Shown: piece by piece, positions 18,537 through 29,221 of the stretch
Numbering within the stretch: position 1 is the stretch's first letter
Layout of the letters: each line of letters starts with the position of its first letter
DNA from: Cytophagales bacterium
Lineage (GTDB): Bacteria > Bacteroidota > Bacteroidia > Cytophagales > Cyclobacteriaceae
Direction: 5' to 3'
Length of the DNA stretch: 64,000 nt
Assembly: GCA_031416795.1 (NCBI GenBank)
Contig: JANOUH010000152.1
Coordinates: forward strand, 9,183-73,182
The notes under the pieces: model-generated
Seen by the model: the letters and a program-made list of their open reading frames with translations, nothing else
Databases searched by the model: none
Told to the model about the DNA's origin: nothing
Program-made: the position numbers and the translations under genes

Positions 18537-19345
18537 GTCAATAGATAAGCCATTGGAAATAAAAATACGGCATCCCCCACCAATCTGTAATAATCATTCA
18601 TTGCAAAGAATTTCTTATACCTAAAGATTAAAAGCAGGGTTGTCACCATCACCATAAACACCAACGCTATGAATTGATACGCTGATCGAAAAAACAAATA
18701 GAAAGAAATTGAAAATGCGATGGCAAATAAACCTATCAAAATATACTGGATAGTTGCTTCATCCACCAAGGTGGCTATTGAATTTTGTTTGTCCCTTAAA
18801 TCATTCTCTTTTTCATACCGCGAGAAAATAATTAAGTTAATCAGGGCAATCAAAAAAAACAGAAGGATCGGTAAATACTGAACGCGGCTCATTTGATTTT
18901 CGGGCCAGGCAGGCAACACAACCCCCGCAGTATAAAGCGCTGCAACGACAAGTTCTTTTGAAATGTGAAGTCTATTTCTCAACACGATATAAATCACCAC
19001 TACCAGCGAGAGTATCATTCCATGCTTAATCACTGAGATCGGCATAAAAAAGATGAGGGTTACATCAATGATTATAACCAGCACTAACCAGTACTTTAAT
19101 TTTTTCTGATCTCTCTGATGAAAGCGATGCCGTTCCGAAGCCGCTCCGTTTTTTAGATCCTGAACATCCAGCAAACGATCTGCCGTATAGATGATCCAAA
19201 CTGTAAGCCCTAATGAAATCAGTGAAGAATAAGATGGAGCCAGATCATAGATTTTAGAAAAAAAAAGGGAGCCGACTACTGCTCCGACAGCCACATCCAA
19301 ACTTAGAAGATTAAATAGACGATAAGGCTTAATTACTTCTTTCAT
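18533..19345 (-). CDS. Polytopic membrane protein, UbiA-prenyltransferase-like (tentative)
   Basis: About 8 TM helices. Asp-rich loops YTADRLLDVQD and ENDLRD at the positions of UbiA motifs. Not verified. Confidence 0.4.
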   Translation of the reverse strand: MKEVIKPYRLFNLLSLDVAVGAVVGSLFFSKIYDLAPSYSSLISLGLTVWIIYTADRLLDVQDLKNGAASERHRFHQRDQKKLKYWLVLVIIIDVTLIFFMPISVIKHGMILSLVVVIYIVLRNRLHISKELVVAALYTAGVVLPAWPENQMSRVQYLPILLFFLIALINLIIFSRYEKENDLRDKQNSIATLVDEATIQYILIGLFAIAFSISFYLFFRSAYQFIALVFMVMVTTLLLIFRYKKFFAMNDYYRLVGDAVFLFPMAYLLT

Positions 19346-19380
19346 GAATAGGTAAAAGTAACTAAGTCGTGGAATGTGTC

Positions 19381-19414
19381 ATAAAAATAAAAGCTCCGCT
19401 GTTCGTGGAGCTTT
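19381..19414 (-). terminator. Rho-independent terminator of the atp operon
   Basis: On the minus strand AAAGCTCC acgaacagc GGAGCTTT followed by TATTTTTAT, 26 nt after the atpG stop. Confidence 0.6.
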
Positions 19415-19440
19415 CTGTGTATAATATCTGTTCGAACTCA

Positions 19441-20319
19441 TTATGCTGACTTCAATGCTTCGGCTCCGGCAACAATCTCGAGGATTTCTTTGGTGATCGC
19501 AGCTTGGCGTGTGCGGTTATACGTCAACTTTAAATCTTTTAATAAATCGCCAGCATTCTCTGTTGCTTTATCCATAGCCGTCATCCGTGCGCCATTTTCG
19601 GCAGCATTTGAATCCAGAACAGCTTTATAAAGTTGAATCTTCAATGACTTGGGAACAAGGCCGATAATAATTTCAGATTGATTAGGCTGATAGATATAAT
19701 CAGTGTCCTGAACCACTGCTTCTTTCTTTGGCGGAGCCACAGGAAGGAACTGTTCTGTTCTCAGGATTTGAGTAGCTACGTTTTTGAATTCGTTGTAAAT
19801 GATTTCAATCTTATCGTAATTACCGTTCCTGAAAGAACTCATTAAGAACTCACTCACCTCAGCAATTTTATCATAGGAAAGACCCTGAAATACATCCCAA
19901 TAATCACCTACGATAGAATAATTTCTCTTACTGAAAAATTCAAATACTTTTTTCCCTAGAGGCAGGAAAGTAACATTGCCTTTTGCATACTGAGCAGGAT
20001 ATTTCTCTGACGCCATACGAATAGCTGCCTTGATAATCGTGCTATTAAATGCACCGCACAAACCACGATCAGAGCTAATCACGACAACGAGAATTTTATT
20101 CTCCTCGCGCTGCTGATTATACCATGCCTGGGTATCTTGTTCAGCAGCAGACAGGTTTTGAAAAAGATGAGATAGCTTTTTTGCATATGGCCTCATCTGC
20201 ATGATGCGATCCTGAGATTTTCTCAATTTAGCAGCCGCCACCATTTTCATGGCTTTGGTAATCTGCTGTGTCGAGATTACGGAGGATATTCTGCTTTTAA
20301 CTTCCTTTAAACTCGCCAT
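19441..20319 (-). CDS. atpG: F0F1 ATP synthase subunit gamma
   Basis: MASLKEVKSRISSVISTQQITKAMKMVAAAKLRK N-terminus and AAITKEILEIVAGAEAL C-terminus. ATG 20319 chosen. Confidence 0.95.
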   Translation of the reverse strand: MASLKEVKSRISSVISTQQITKAMKMVAAAKLRKSQDRIMQMRPYAKKLSHLFQNLSAAEQDTQAWYNQQREENKILVVVISSDRGLCGAFNSTIIKAAIRMASEKYPAQYAKGNVTFLPLGKKVFEFFSKRNYSIVGDYWDVFQGLSYDKIAEVSEFLMSSFRNGNYDKIEIIYNEFKNVATQILRTEQFLPVAPPKKEAVVQDTDYIYQPNQSEIIIGLVPKSLKIQLYKAVLDSNAAENGARMTAMDKATENAGDLLKDLKLTYNRTRQAAITKEILEIVAGAEALKSA

Positions 20320-20400
20320 ATCTTTAATTAGATAATTTGAAGATTGCTGAATTTGAAAATGAAGTTCATCATCAAATCTTCCAATCAATTCATTTTCAAA

Positions 20401-21975
20401 TCAATACTTAGTAGCCAACTCAGTAGCTACTTTCTTCACTACAGCCACATCAGCATCTTCAAATTTGCCTGCGCGGAAATTGTCAAGAATTTGCTTGTTC
20501 TGAGCCTTCAATAAATCAATAAACTCTTTTTCGAAAGCTTTAACCTTCTCTACCGGCACGCGGTCAATATATCCTTTGGTAGAGGCCAAAATCATAGCCA
20601 CCTGCTCTTCAACAGGCACTGGCTGATATTGTGGTTGCTTCAACACTTCTGTGTTTCTGCGTCCGCGTTCAATAGTAAGTTTCGTGGCAGCATCCAAATC
20701 AGAACCGAATTTAGAAAAGGCTTCCAGTTCACGGAACTGCGCCTGATCCAGCTTCAAGGTACCAGCAACTTTCTTCATCGATTTGATCTGGGCATTTCCA
20801 CCCACACGCGATACCGAGATACCCACGTTAATAGCGGGACGAACACCCGCGTTAAACAAGTTGGTCTCCAGGAATATCTGACCATCCGTAATAGAGATCA
20901 CATTGGTTGGAATATAGGCCGAAACGTCATTCGCCTGAGTTTCAATGATCGGAAGCGCAGTTAATGAACCTCCTCCTTTTACCAGGTGCTTAATGCTTTC
21001 CGGTAAGTCATTCATGTTTTTAGCGATCTCATCATTGTTGATGATTTTCGCTGCACGCTCTAGTAAACGTGAGTGCAAATAGAATACATCCCCAGGGTAT
21101 GCTTCACGACCCGGAGGTCTTCTCAGCAACAACGACACTTCGCGATAGGCAACTGCTTGCTTTGACAAGTCATCATAAATAACCAATGCAGGTCTTCCGG
21201 TATCTCTGATGAATTCACCGATTGCAGCACCTGTAAAAGGAGCGAAGAATTGCATGGGTGCAGGATCAGAGGCAGAAGCAGAAACGATTACAGTATATTT
21301 CATAGCACCGGCTTTTTCAAGTGTTGATGCCACCGATGCGACTGTCGATGCTTTCTGACCAATCGCTACATAAATACAGAAAACAGGTTCGCCCTTTTCG
21401 TAAAATTCTTTTTGGTTAATGATAGCATCAATCGCCACAGCAGTTTTTCCAGTCTGGCGGTCACCAATAATTAACTCGCGCTGACCACGACCAATCGGAA
21501 TCATAGCATCAATAGCCTTAATGCCCGTTTGAAGAGGTTCGTTTACCGGCTGACGGAAAATTACACCAGGCGCCTTACGCTCCAATGGCATTTCATAAAG
21601 ATCTCCTTCTACTGGTCCTTTGCCATCGATAGGAAGAGCCAATGTATTTACCACACGACCCAAAAGACCGTTACCCACTTTTACTGAAGCGATCTGACCT
21701 GTACGCTTTACGATAGCCCCTTCTTTAATTCCGGTAGCATCACCAAGCAATACGGCACCTACGTTGTCTTCTTCAAGATTCAACACCAGTGCTCTTAATC
21801 CATTTTCAAATTCGATCAATTCACCAGCTTGCACTTTGGTAAGTCCGTAAATACGGGCCACACCATCACCAATGGTAAGAACGGTTCCTACTTCCTGCAG
21901 TTCGGCTGCGGTACGTGATTGAGAAAGTTGTTCGCGAAGTATTGCGGATATTTCTTCGGGTCTGATTTCTGCCAT
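20401..21975 (-). CDS. atpA: F0F1 ATP synthase subunit alpha
   Basis: P-loop GDRQTGKT and overall alpha-subunit sequence. Confidence 0.97.
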   Translation of the reverse strand: MAEIRPEEISAILREQLSQSRTAAELQEVGTVLTIGDGVARIYGLTKVQAGELIEFENGLRALVLNLEEDNVGAVLLGDATGIKEGAIVKRTGQIASVKVGNGLLGRVVNTLALPIDGKGPVEGDLYEMPLERKAPGVIFRQPVNEPLQTGIKAIDAMIPIGRGQRELIIGDRQTGKTAVAIDAIINQKEFYEKGEPVFCIYVAIGQKASTVASVASTLEKAGAMKYTVIVSASASDPAPMQFFAPFTGAAIGEFIRDTGRPALVIYDDLSKQAVAYREVSLLLRRPPGREAYPGDVFYLHSRLLERAAKIINNDEIAKNMNDLPESIKHLVKGGGSLTALPIIETQANDVSAYIPTNVISITDGQIFLETNLFNAGVRPAINVGISVSRVGGNAQIKSMKKVAGTLKLDQAQFRELEAFSKFGSDLDAATKLTIERGRRNTEVLKQPQYQPVPVEEQVAMILASTKGYIDRVPVEKVKAFEKEFIDLLKAQNKQILDNFRAGKFEDADVAVVKKVATELATKY

Positions 21976-22017
21976 ATCTCTTTAATTCAAAATTTAAAAA
22001 TTCAATATTCTAATTTT

Positions 22018-22578
22018 TTAAAACTGCTTGATGAATGGATTTTCACTAAACTTATTCTTCAAGTTTTTCAATTTATTCTTTATCGATGCATCAATTTGAC
22101 GGTCGCCTACATTCAGGATAAAACCACCAATCAGGTCTTTGTCAACCTTCTCTTCCAGTTCAACCTGCTTCGTGTTGCTAAGTTTCTTCACAATAGCAAC
22201 TAATTCAGCTCGTAATTCGTCATCCACAGGAACCGTTGAGATGATAGAGGCTTTACCAATTCCTTTATACACATTGTAAGCATTGTGGAACTCCGTAGCA
22301 ATGGCGGGCAAAAGAGGCTCGCGATTTTTCTTTGTAAGAATATCAATGATCGACATGGTCAACGGATGAACCCTTCCTAAAAAAAGTTTATTTAAGATTT
22401 CTTTCTTCTTCTCATGTCTGATAATCGGGCTCTTGAGCATCAGCACAAAGTCCCGATTGCTATGACACACCTTATCGAAAAACTGCATGTCAGTATGCAC
22501 CGCATCGAGCACACCTTGCTCCACGGCTAAACTGAGCAGTGATTTTACATATCTGGAAGCAACCCGAGCGTCTGCCAT
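22018..22578 (-). CDS. atpH: F0F1 ATP synthase subunit delta (OSCP)
   Basis: RYVKSLLSLA N-terminus, 186 aa, located between atpF and atpA. Confidence 0.9.
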   Translation of the reverse strand: MADARVASRYVKSLLSLAVEQGVLDAVHTDMQFFDKVCHSNRDFVLMLKSPIIRHEKKKEILNKLFLGRVHPLTMSIIDILTKKNREPLLPAIATEFHNAYNVYKGIGKASIISTVPVDDELRAELVAIVKKLSNTKQVELEEKVDKDLIGGFILNVGDRQIDASIKNKLKNLKNKFSENPFIKQF

Positions 22579-22581
22579 GAA

Positions 22582-23076
22582 TTAATTCAACTTAAGATCT
22601 TTAATGAATGTATCGGCCAGTTCCTTCTGAGCTTTGTCGTCCTTCAGATTGTTCTTGATCAACTTCTCTGCGATCTCTAATGAGAACATAGCCACTTGAG
22701 CTTTCACATCGCGAAGAGCCGCATTTTTTTCTGTCTGAATGATTGCCTTCGCATCTTCAATAATCTTATCCGCATTTTTCTTGGCATCGGTTTGAGCCTG
22801 ATCGTGCAAGCGGTTTCCTGCTTCCCGGGCATCGCGCAAGATTTTATCGCGTTCCTCGCGGGCTTCGCGAAGTAACTTCTCGTTGTCAGACTTTAATGCA
22901 GCCATCTCTACTTTTGCTTTTTCAGCAGAGTCAAGGGCTTGTTGTATTGATTCTTCACGTTCTTTTAAAGAACTAAGAATGGGTTTCCATGCCAGCTTTC
23001 CTAAAAGGATAACCAACAAAACAAACACAAACAATTGCCAGATAATGAGGCCGGGGCCAGGGGTTAGCAAATCCAT
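22582..23076 (-). CDS. atpF: F0F1 ATP synthase subunit b
   Basis: Single N-terminal TM followed by a long charged helix; operon position. Confidence 0.9.
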   Translation of the reverse strand: MDLLTPGPGLIIWQLFVFVLLVILLGKLAWKPILSSLKEREESIQQALDSAEKAKVEMAALKSDNEKLLREAREERDKILRDAREAGNRLHDQAQTDAKKNADKIIEDAKAIIQTEKNAALRDVKAQVAMFSLEIAEKLIKNNLKDDKAQKELADTFIKDLKLN

Positions 23077-23157
23077 ACTTTTTTTACTTTAACTTTTTCT
23101 GTGTTCACCTTAAATAAAAAAGAACCGCCCAGCCCAGTGCTGTGGCGGGTTCTTTTC

Positions 23158-23418
<261 letters not shown>

Positions 23419-23472
23419 TTAAGTTAAACAACACCATACTGAAACCTCAGCATGGATTTCTTTAATATTTTT

Positions 23473-24522
23473 TTAATGATCGTGTCCGTGATCTTGAACC
23501 GCCATGCCTATGTACATCGATGAGAACATCGTAAATACATAAGCCTGAATACCGGCAACTAACAACTCGATCAGGTTAATAAACAATACGATTAATGAGG
23601 AAGCGAATCCTACATAAATGCTTCCGAAAATAAATGTCAAACAAATCAAACTCAGCAAAACAATGTGACCCGCGGTGATCGCCACAAACAAACGTATCAT
23701 TAATGAGAATGGCTTTGTAAAAATTCCGATGATCTCCACAGGCAGAATTACAATGCGTAAAGGAAGCGGCACTCCGGGAGTCCAGAGTATGTGACCCCAA
23801 TAACCCTTATTTCCATTGAAATTGGTGATCAGAAATGTAATCACAGCCAGGGTCATGGTCACTGCAATATTTCCCGTAAGGTTACCAGCACCAGGCAACA
23901 ATCCTAATAAGTTACCAAACAGGATGAAGAAGAACAGGGTAAGCATGTAAGGCAAGAATCTTTCGTAGTGATGCGCAATGTTGGGTTTCACGATTTCATC
24001 ACGAACAAAAAGAATGATGGGCTCAAAGAAAGATTGTACGCCTTTTGGGGCATTGCCTTTGTTTTTTGTAAACCCTTTTGCTACCGATGTAAATACCAGA
24101 AGAAGCAGCGTGGCATTGATTAAAAGCATGGCCACATTCTTGGTGATTGAAATATCAAATACCGCCTTTCCAGAATCTGCCAGGTAAATGTGGCTATGCT
24201 CCAGCTTGTAGCCATTATATTCAACCACATTATGGTGGTCATAAAAACGGTTGGAAGAGAATATATCAAGACCCTTTTCCACAGAATAAACGATAACAGG
24301 AAGCGGAATTACCAACCAATCGGCAATATGCCACTGATGATCGTCCAATACGTGGTGCAGAATAACCTCGCTGGCATTGAAGGGCTCAGGCTCATGGCCT
24401 GCCTCGTCAGACGCCAAAACAGGGCTGATTATGCTTGAAAAAGCAATGAAAAAGAGGATCAAAAAAGATGATTTCACTGCAAAAAAGGGCTTTTTCATTA
24501 TAGTAAAGACAAAGGCTTTCAT
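23473..24522 (-). CDS. atpB: F0F1 ATP synthase subunit a
   Basis: Conserved LSLMIRLFVAITAGH (essential Arg context). Alternative ATG at 24498. Confidence 0.92.
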   Translation of the reverse strand: MKAFVFTIMKKPFFAVKSSFLILFFIAFSSIISPVLASDEAGHEPEPFNASEVILHHVLDDHQWHIADWLVIPLPVIVYSVEKGLDIFSSNRFYDHHNVVEYNGYKLEHSHIYLADSGKAVFDISITKNVAMLLINATLLLLVFTSVAKGFTKNKGNAPKGVQSFFEPIILFVRDEIVKPNIAHHYERFLPYMLTLFFFILFGNLLGLLPGAGNLTGNIAVTMTLAVITFLITNFNGNKGYWGHILWTPGVPLPLRIVILPVEIIGIFTKPFSLMIRLFVAITAGHIVLLSLICLTFIFGSIYVGFASSLIVLFINLIELLVAGIQAYVFTMFSSMYIGMAVQDHGHDH

Positions 24523-24596
24523 TCGGACTGCAAAAGTATCAATTATACTTTCTGAAAAAAAAGATTTCCGTGAAATTTGGGGGCCTTACAGCAATT

Positions 24597-24962
24597 TTAC
24601 TTTTCTGACCTTCCGAGCAAAAAGAACACCTCCAAAAAGGTGAGAATGAGATAGCTAACGATAAACAGAGTGACGTTTCCGATCGCAGCTGAGGGGTCAT
24701 CCCACACAATGAAAAAGATAAGGGTAAGACCGCCTGCCATCTTGAGCGTGATGGAAAGAAGGTAGAACTGAGTGAAGGCTCCATGTTGCTTGGATCTGAG
24801 CTTGTTCAGGTTGTAATAAATGACCAAAGTGATAAACAGAACGAAAAATAGGATCTCTATCCAGTAAGTCGGCAAAATCCACATGCCTTGTTGCGATCCA
24901 GTCCAGGTTATTAAGGCCAGTAAAAGGGCAGCCGCTAAAGCACTAATGATGAAGCGCTGCAA
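24597..24962 (-). CDS. Small 4-TM membrane protein encoded inside the atp operon leader region
   Basis: Hydrophobic 121-aa ORF starting (TTG) 2 nt after the AtpZ stop and preceding atpB. Function not recognisable. Confidence 0.5.
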   Translation of the reverse strand: MQRFIISALAAALLLALITWTGSQQGMWILPTYWIEILFFVLFITLVIYYNLNKLRSKQHGAFTQFYLLSITLKMAGGLTLIFFIVWDDPSAAIGNVTLFIVSYLILTFLEVFFLLGRSEK

Positions 24963-24964
24963 GA

Positions 24965-25177
24965 TCAGTCTTTATTTAAAGATCGGTAAAGTTGATACAT
25001 CAGTCCGCCAAATATGGCAAAGACAAATGTGAGTAAGAAGACAGGGAATTTTAGCTCAAGATATTGATCCAGTTTCAAGCCCAACCAGGCACCCAGGCCA
25101 ATAGATGCCAGCATCTGCAAGCCTAGTCCACTAAATTTTAAAAATGTATTAACCGGTTTTTTCTTTTCTTCTTCCAT
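24965..25177 (-). CDS. AtpZ/AtpI-family small membrane protein
   Basis: MEEEKKKPVNTFLKFSGLGLQMLASIGLGAWLG pattern. ATG 25177 preferred over the GTG at 25192. Confidence 0.65.
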   Translation of the reverse strand: MEEEKKKPVNTFLKFSGLGLQMLASIGLGAWLGLKLDQYLELKFPVFLLTFVFAIFGGLMYQLYRSLNKD

Positions 25178-25235
25178 GAAAAAAGAAGCCACAAATTCAG
25201 AGAACCTGTGGCTTTAATATTAAATGTTAATAAGA

Positions 25236-25664
25236 TTAATTCACACGGGCTTCTTCTGGGCGAAGAGCATGCATACCGTTTTCTCCTATTTTAATGTCTT
25301 TAATAATGGCTCCCATCTTACAGCTACCATTGAAAATGGCACCGGGTTCAACCACTAATTTACCGGTCAAAATATCTCCATGAATTTTGGCGGTTGCTTT
25401 TAAGATGAGCAATTCAGATACCTCCAGCTTGCCCTTTACTTCGCCTTCAATGTCAGCATTTTGGGCGATGATGTTACCTTCAACGTAACTAGAATGACCT
25501 AATGCTATCTTGGATTTGGATTTAATACTACCTATCACTCTACCCTCTATGCGGATGTTGCCGTAGGTCTCAATGTTTCCCTCGAGTGCGGTACCTTTTC
25601 CGATCACGTTGCTAGAATTGCTAATCTCTTCAGCAACTCTCTTTTGTTCTTTAGATGTTAACAT
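25236..25664 (-). CDS. Bactofilin (polymer-forming cytoskeletal protein, CcmA-like)
   Basis: Repetitive beta-helix pattern G.I.G.V.G (NIRIEGRVIGSIKSKSKIALG..VEGNIIAQNADIEGEVKG..). Confidence 0.85.
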   Translation of the reverse strand: MLTSKEQKRVAEEISNSSNVIGKGTALEGNIETYGNIRIEGRVIGSIKSKSKIALGHSSYVEGNIIAQNADIEGEVKGKLEVSELLILKATAKIHGDILTGKLVVEPGAIFNGSCKMGAIIKDIKIGENGMHALRPEEARVN

Positions 25665-25676
25665 GTCTTGTGTTTT

Positions 25677-26543
25677 TTAAAACGTAACAAAATCTTCCGG
25701 ATTTAGTGAGTTGCCATTGTACCACATTTCAAAATGTAGGTGTGGGCCATCGGTCATCTCTCCACTATTGCCAACTATAGAGATAATTTCACCGGCATTC
25801 ACAAAATTACCAACTTTTTTCAATAAACCGGCATTGTGCTTATACACCGAAACCAGATTACCCCTGTGCTGCACCGCGATGACATTGCCAGAATCTTGTG
25901 TCCAGGAGGCCATGATCACCATGCCATCCGCCAAACATTTTACGGGTTCATTACTCTTAGCTACGATGTCTAAACCATAGTGTCCTTTCTTTACATCATA
26001 GTGATCAGAGATAAAACCAGTGATCGGTGTAAAGAAAAATATTTCTTCTAACTCGCGATACTTTGCACTGGTCAGTGACACCACAGAAAATTCATTCTTC
26101 TCAAACTCCTTTCGGAATGATGAATCCGATGATGCAAGATTTAAATTACCGACTGCGTTCACAGGTTTTCCATTCCCTTCTAATGCTTGCGCAGGATCAG
26201 AAAATCCGCTGGAAGTATCTCCGCTTAGTATCCGCTGAAAATTCTGGATGAACATATCTTTCTGATTCACCTCAATGGCCAGCGAATCTACCTTAAGGGC
26301 CAACTCATATAATTTTTTGTTAGCCTCCATTTGAGCATGTTTGGGATCGAACCACTTTGCCAATAATGTCTTGGAAAGAAACAGACTTCCAATAAAAAGT
26401 ATCAGAAATAACGAAGCAGAAAGAACCATCAATTTGGCGTATGTAAAGCCGATGTTAGATTTCTCAGCAAGGTTCTCCTCATTACGGATGACTAATTGGT
26501 ATTTGGTGGTGAGGCGCTCCGATATGGTCTTTTTTGGTTTCAA
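25677..26543 (-). CDS. M23 (LytM) family metallopeptidase, membrane anchored
   Basis: HYGLDIV (HxxxD) and GPHLHFEM (HxH) zinc motifs; N-terminal TM. Confidence 0.9.
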   Translation of the reverse strand: MKPKKTISERLTTKYQLVIRNEENLAEKSNIGFTYAKLMVLSASLFLILFIGSLFLSKTLLAKWFDPKHAQMEANKKLYELALKVDSLAIEVNQKDMFIQNFQRILSGDTSSGFSDPAQALEGNGKPVNAVGNLNLASSDSSFRKEFEKNEFSVVSLTSAKYRELEEIFFFTPITGFISDHYDVKKGHYGLDIVAKSNEPVKCLADGMVIMASWTQDSGNVIAVQHRGNLVSVYKHNAGLLKKVGNFVNAGEIISIVGNSGEMTDGPHLHFEMWYNGNSLNPEDFVTF

Positions 26544-26632
26544 ATGAATAAATTTTCACAAAATTAGATATTCTGATTGATTATAATATTGAATATCTGT
26601 TTTTTACGTTTGTAAGTTGATATTTGTAACCT

Positions 26633-29221
26633 GTGACTTTTCGATTTAACTCCGTTGCTTATTATTTTGAACTTTTCCTTTTAGTCGGACTAATAGGAGC
26701 TTGTTCTTCCAATCAAAATAATATTACCAGCAACATGTATCATAATACAACAGCCCACTTCAACGGTTATTATTATGCAAAAGAAAAAACACTGGAAGTA
26801 GAAAAGATAATTTTAAAAAGTCTGGATGACGACCCTAACCAGATTTTAAGACTCTTTCCTAAACTCGACACCAACCTGGCTAAGAGTTATTCAAAAGATA
26901 CAGAGGAAATTATAAAAATGGCTTCGCTATCCATTCAGCGACATCCTAATAGTAAGTGGGTCGATGATAACTATGTATTAGTCGGCAAAGCACGCTTATT
27001 CGATTGCGACTTTCCAAATGCTATTCAAACATTCAAGTATGTAAACACAAAAGGCAGCAATATCAATACGCGACATGAGGCACTGGTACAATTGCTACGA
27101 ACATTTACTGAGCAAAATGATTTTGATCGGGCAGAAGAAACTTTTCGCTTTCTGGAAAAAGAAAAACTCAATAAGGGAAATCAAAAACAGCTATACCTTG
27201 AGAAGGCCTATTACTATCAGGTGCGCAATAATTATGATTACATGGTGCGCAATCTCACCAGGGCCGATTCGCTGTTGGTAAAAGGAGATCGGATCGGAAG
27301 AATCTATTTTATCATAGGCCAGGTGTATCAAAAGCTTGGCTTTAATTCAGAGGCTTACAATTATTATCGCAAGTGTGTGAGCACAAGCCCTGAATATGAA
27401 ATTGATTTCTATGCGCGTCTTAATATGGCACAAGTTGCCCGTCTTGATGATAAGAAAGACATTAAGCAATTGCGTGCTCAGTTTATGAAAATGCTGGAGG
27501 ATCTGAAGAATCAGGAGTTTAAAGATAAAATCTATTATGAACTCGGTGAGTTTGAGCGAAAGCAAAACAACCTGATAGCGGCCATCGACAATTACAAATT
27601 ATCAGCCCATGCCGGAACCAATAAGCGAATTCAGGGAAGTGCCTTTCTTAGGATTGGTCAACTCGAGTTTGACTCTTTAAAGAAATACAGTCTCGCTAAA
27701 CTTTATTACGACAGCGCTATTGCAGCATTGCCAAAAGACTTTGAAAATTATGAGTCCATAAAAAAGCGACAAGAGGTATTAGGTGAGTTTGCTAAGTACA
27801 CCGAAGCAATTACATGGAATGATAGTTTGTTGTATCTGGCTTCCTTTGATTCACTTACCCTACGGACTAAACTCGACTCCGTTGTAGCAAGCAGAAAAAT
27901 ACCCGAAGATACGTCTAAGAAAAAACGTAAGCGCGCCACCAACACCTCATCAGGGAGTAGCAGTCAGGGCAGTGCATTCTTCAATCAGGAATCAACCGCA
28001 ACATCTGATTGGTACTTTGGAAATCCTTCGGCAGTTGCATTAGGTCAATCGGAATTCCAACGAATATGGGGAACAAGATCGCTGGAAGATAATTGGCGAA
28101 GATCCAATAAGACTTCCGTCATAAATGAATTGCAGACAACAACAACGCAAGCAGATATTGCTCAAATCAATCAGCAACCCAACTCAGAAACCCCAACTGA
28201 AAAAGTTGATGAAGTCGCTAAATTAATAGGACAGTTGCCAAGAACGGATAAACAAAAACAGGACGCGTTGGCAAAAATTGAAGAGGGATATTTTAAGCTG
28301 GGCGACCTCTACTACTTTCAGTTGAATGAAAAAGAAAATGCACTGCAGTCTTATCAACGACTTTTAGGCCGCTTTCCGGAATCTGAGTATGAACCCGAAG
28401 TATTGTATAAACTTTACCTTATCACCAAAGAAAATGATAAGACACAGGCCGACCGGTATGCTCAATTATTAAAAGAAAATCATCCCAATTCTACTTTCAC
28501 AAGAATTCTTATCAATCCCGATTATCTGCGAGAAACCAGCGTGGCTGCTGAAAAGCAGAAAATGATTTATAAAGAAGCTTATTCATTTTTTCAGGCTAAC
28601 AACTTACGCGCTGCTACCGAGAAAGTAAATCAGGCCATGGCGGTTGGTGAAACCAGTTTCACCCCACAACTGGAACTTCTCAAAATCCTGATCACCGGAA
28701 AGACAGAAGATGTGACCAGGTATCAGTTTGAGCTGGGCGAGTACTTAAAAAAATACCCAGACGGAACATTGAAACCCTACGCTGAACAATTATTAGCAGC
28801 TTCAAAGACGCTGCTCGAAAAATTGGAGAAGGCAAAAGGTCTTCAGTTTGGAACTTCGCTGGAGGGGCCTCATAATTTTATTATTGTTTATAACACGGGC
28901 GACCGAATTACCAATCCGGTGTCCACCGCAATAGAAAATTATAATGAATCTCAGTGGAAAGAATTAAAGCTCAATACGAGCAATCTTATTTTAAATGATG
29001 AAAAGACCATTACCATGGTAACTGAATTTCCAAACCGGAAAGCAGCACTCAGTTATTTTGACAAATTCCTCGCCCAGATTGCCAATGCGAAGCCTCTTTC
29101 CAACTATAAATTCTATAGCTTTGTAATCACTAAAGATAATTTTCAAATTTTTTACCGTACCAAAGCGCTGGATGAGTACCTCACCTTCTTTGATCGAAAC
29201 TATCAAAAGCAAAATCAATAG
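26633..29221 (+). CDS. TPR-repeat lipoprotein, PorW/SprE-like (T9SS/gliding associated; family assignment tentative)
   Basis: Lipobox LIGAC. N-terminal YHNTTAHFNGYYYAKE resembles the SprE-type N-terminus. Multiple TPR-like repeats, 862 aa, GTG start. Confidence 0.55.
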   Translation: MTFRFNSVAYYFELFLLVGLIGACSSNQNNITSNMYHNTTAHFNGYYYAKEKTLEVEKIILKSLDDDPNQILRLFPKLDTNLAKSYSKDTEEIIKMASLSIQRHPNSKWVDDNYVLVGKARLFDCDFPNAIQTFKYVNTKGSNINTRHEALVQLLRTFTEQNDFDRAEETFRFLEKEKLNKGNQKQLYLEKAYYYQVRNNYDYMVRNLTRADSLLVKGDRIGRIYFIIGQVYQKLGFNSEAYNYYRKCVSTSPEYEIDFYARLNMAQVARLDDKKDIKQLRAQFMKMLEDLKNQEFKDKIYYELGEFERKQNNLIAAIDNYKLSAHAGTNKRIQGSAFLRIGQLEFDSLKKYSLAKLYYDSAIAALPKDFENYESIKKRQEVLGEFAKYTEAITWNDSLLYLASFDSLTLRTKLDSVVASRKIPEDTSKKKRKRATNTSSGSSSQGSAFFNQESTATSDWYFGNPSAVALGQSEFQRIWGTRSLEDNWRRSNKTSVINELQTTTTQADIAQINQQPNSETPTEKVDEVAKLIGQLPRTDKQKQDALAKIEEGYFKLGDLYYFQLNEKENALQSYQRLLGRFPESEYEPEVLYKLYLITKENDKTQADRYAQLLKENHPNSTFTRILINPDYLRETSVAAEKQKMIYKEAYSFFQANNLRAATEKVNQAMAVGETSFTPQLELLKILITGKTEDVTRYQFELGEYLKKYPDGTLKPYAEQLLAASKTLLEKLEKAKGLQFGTSLEGPHNFIIVYNTGDRITNPVSTAIENYNESQWKELKLNTSNLILNDEKTITMVTEFPNRKAALSYFDKFLAQIANAKPLSNYKFYSFVITKDNFQIFYRTKALDEYLTFFDRNYQKQNQ

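Noticed and set aside
23118-23156. Hairpin right after atpE as an intra-operon attenuator raising c-subunit stoichiometry
   Set aside because: Only a 9-bp A/T-rich stem (AAAAGAACC/GGTTCTTTT) with a large, partly mismatched interior and a weak T tail. This is not convincing without 3'-end data.
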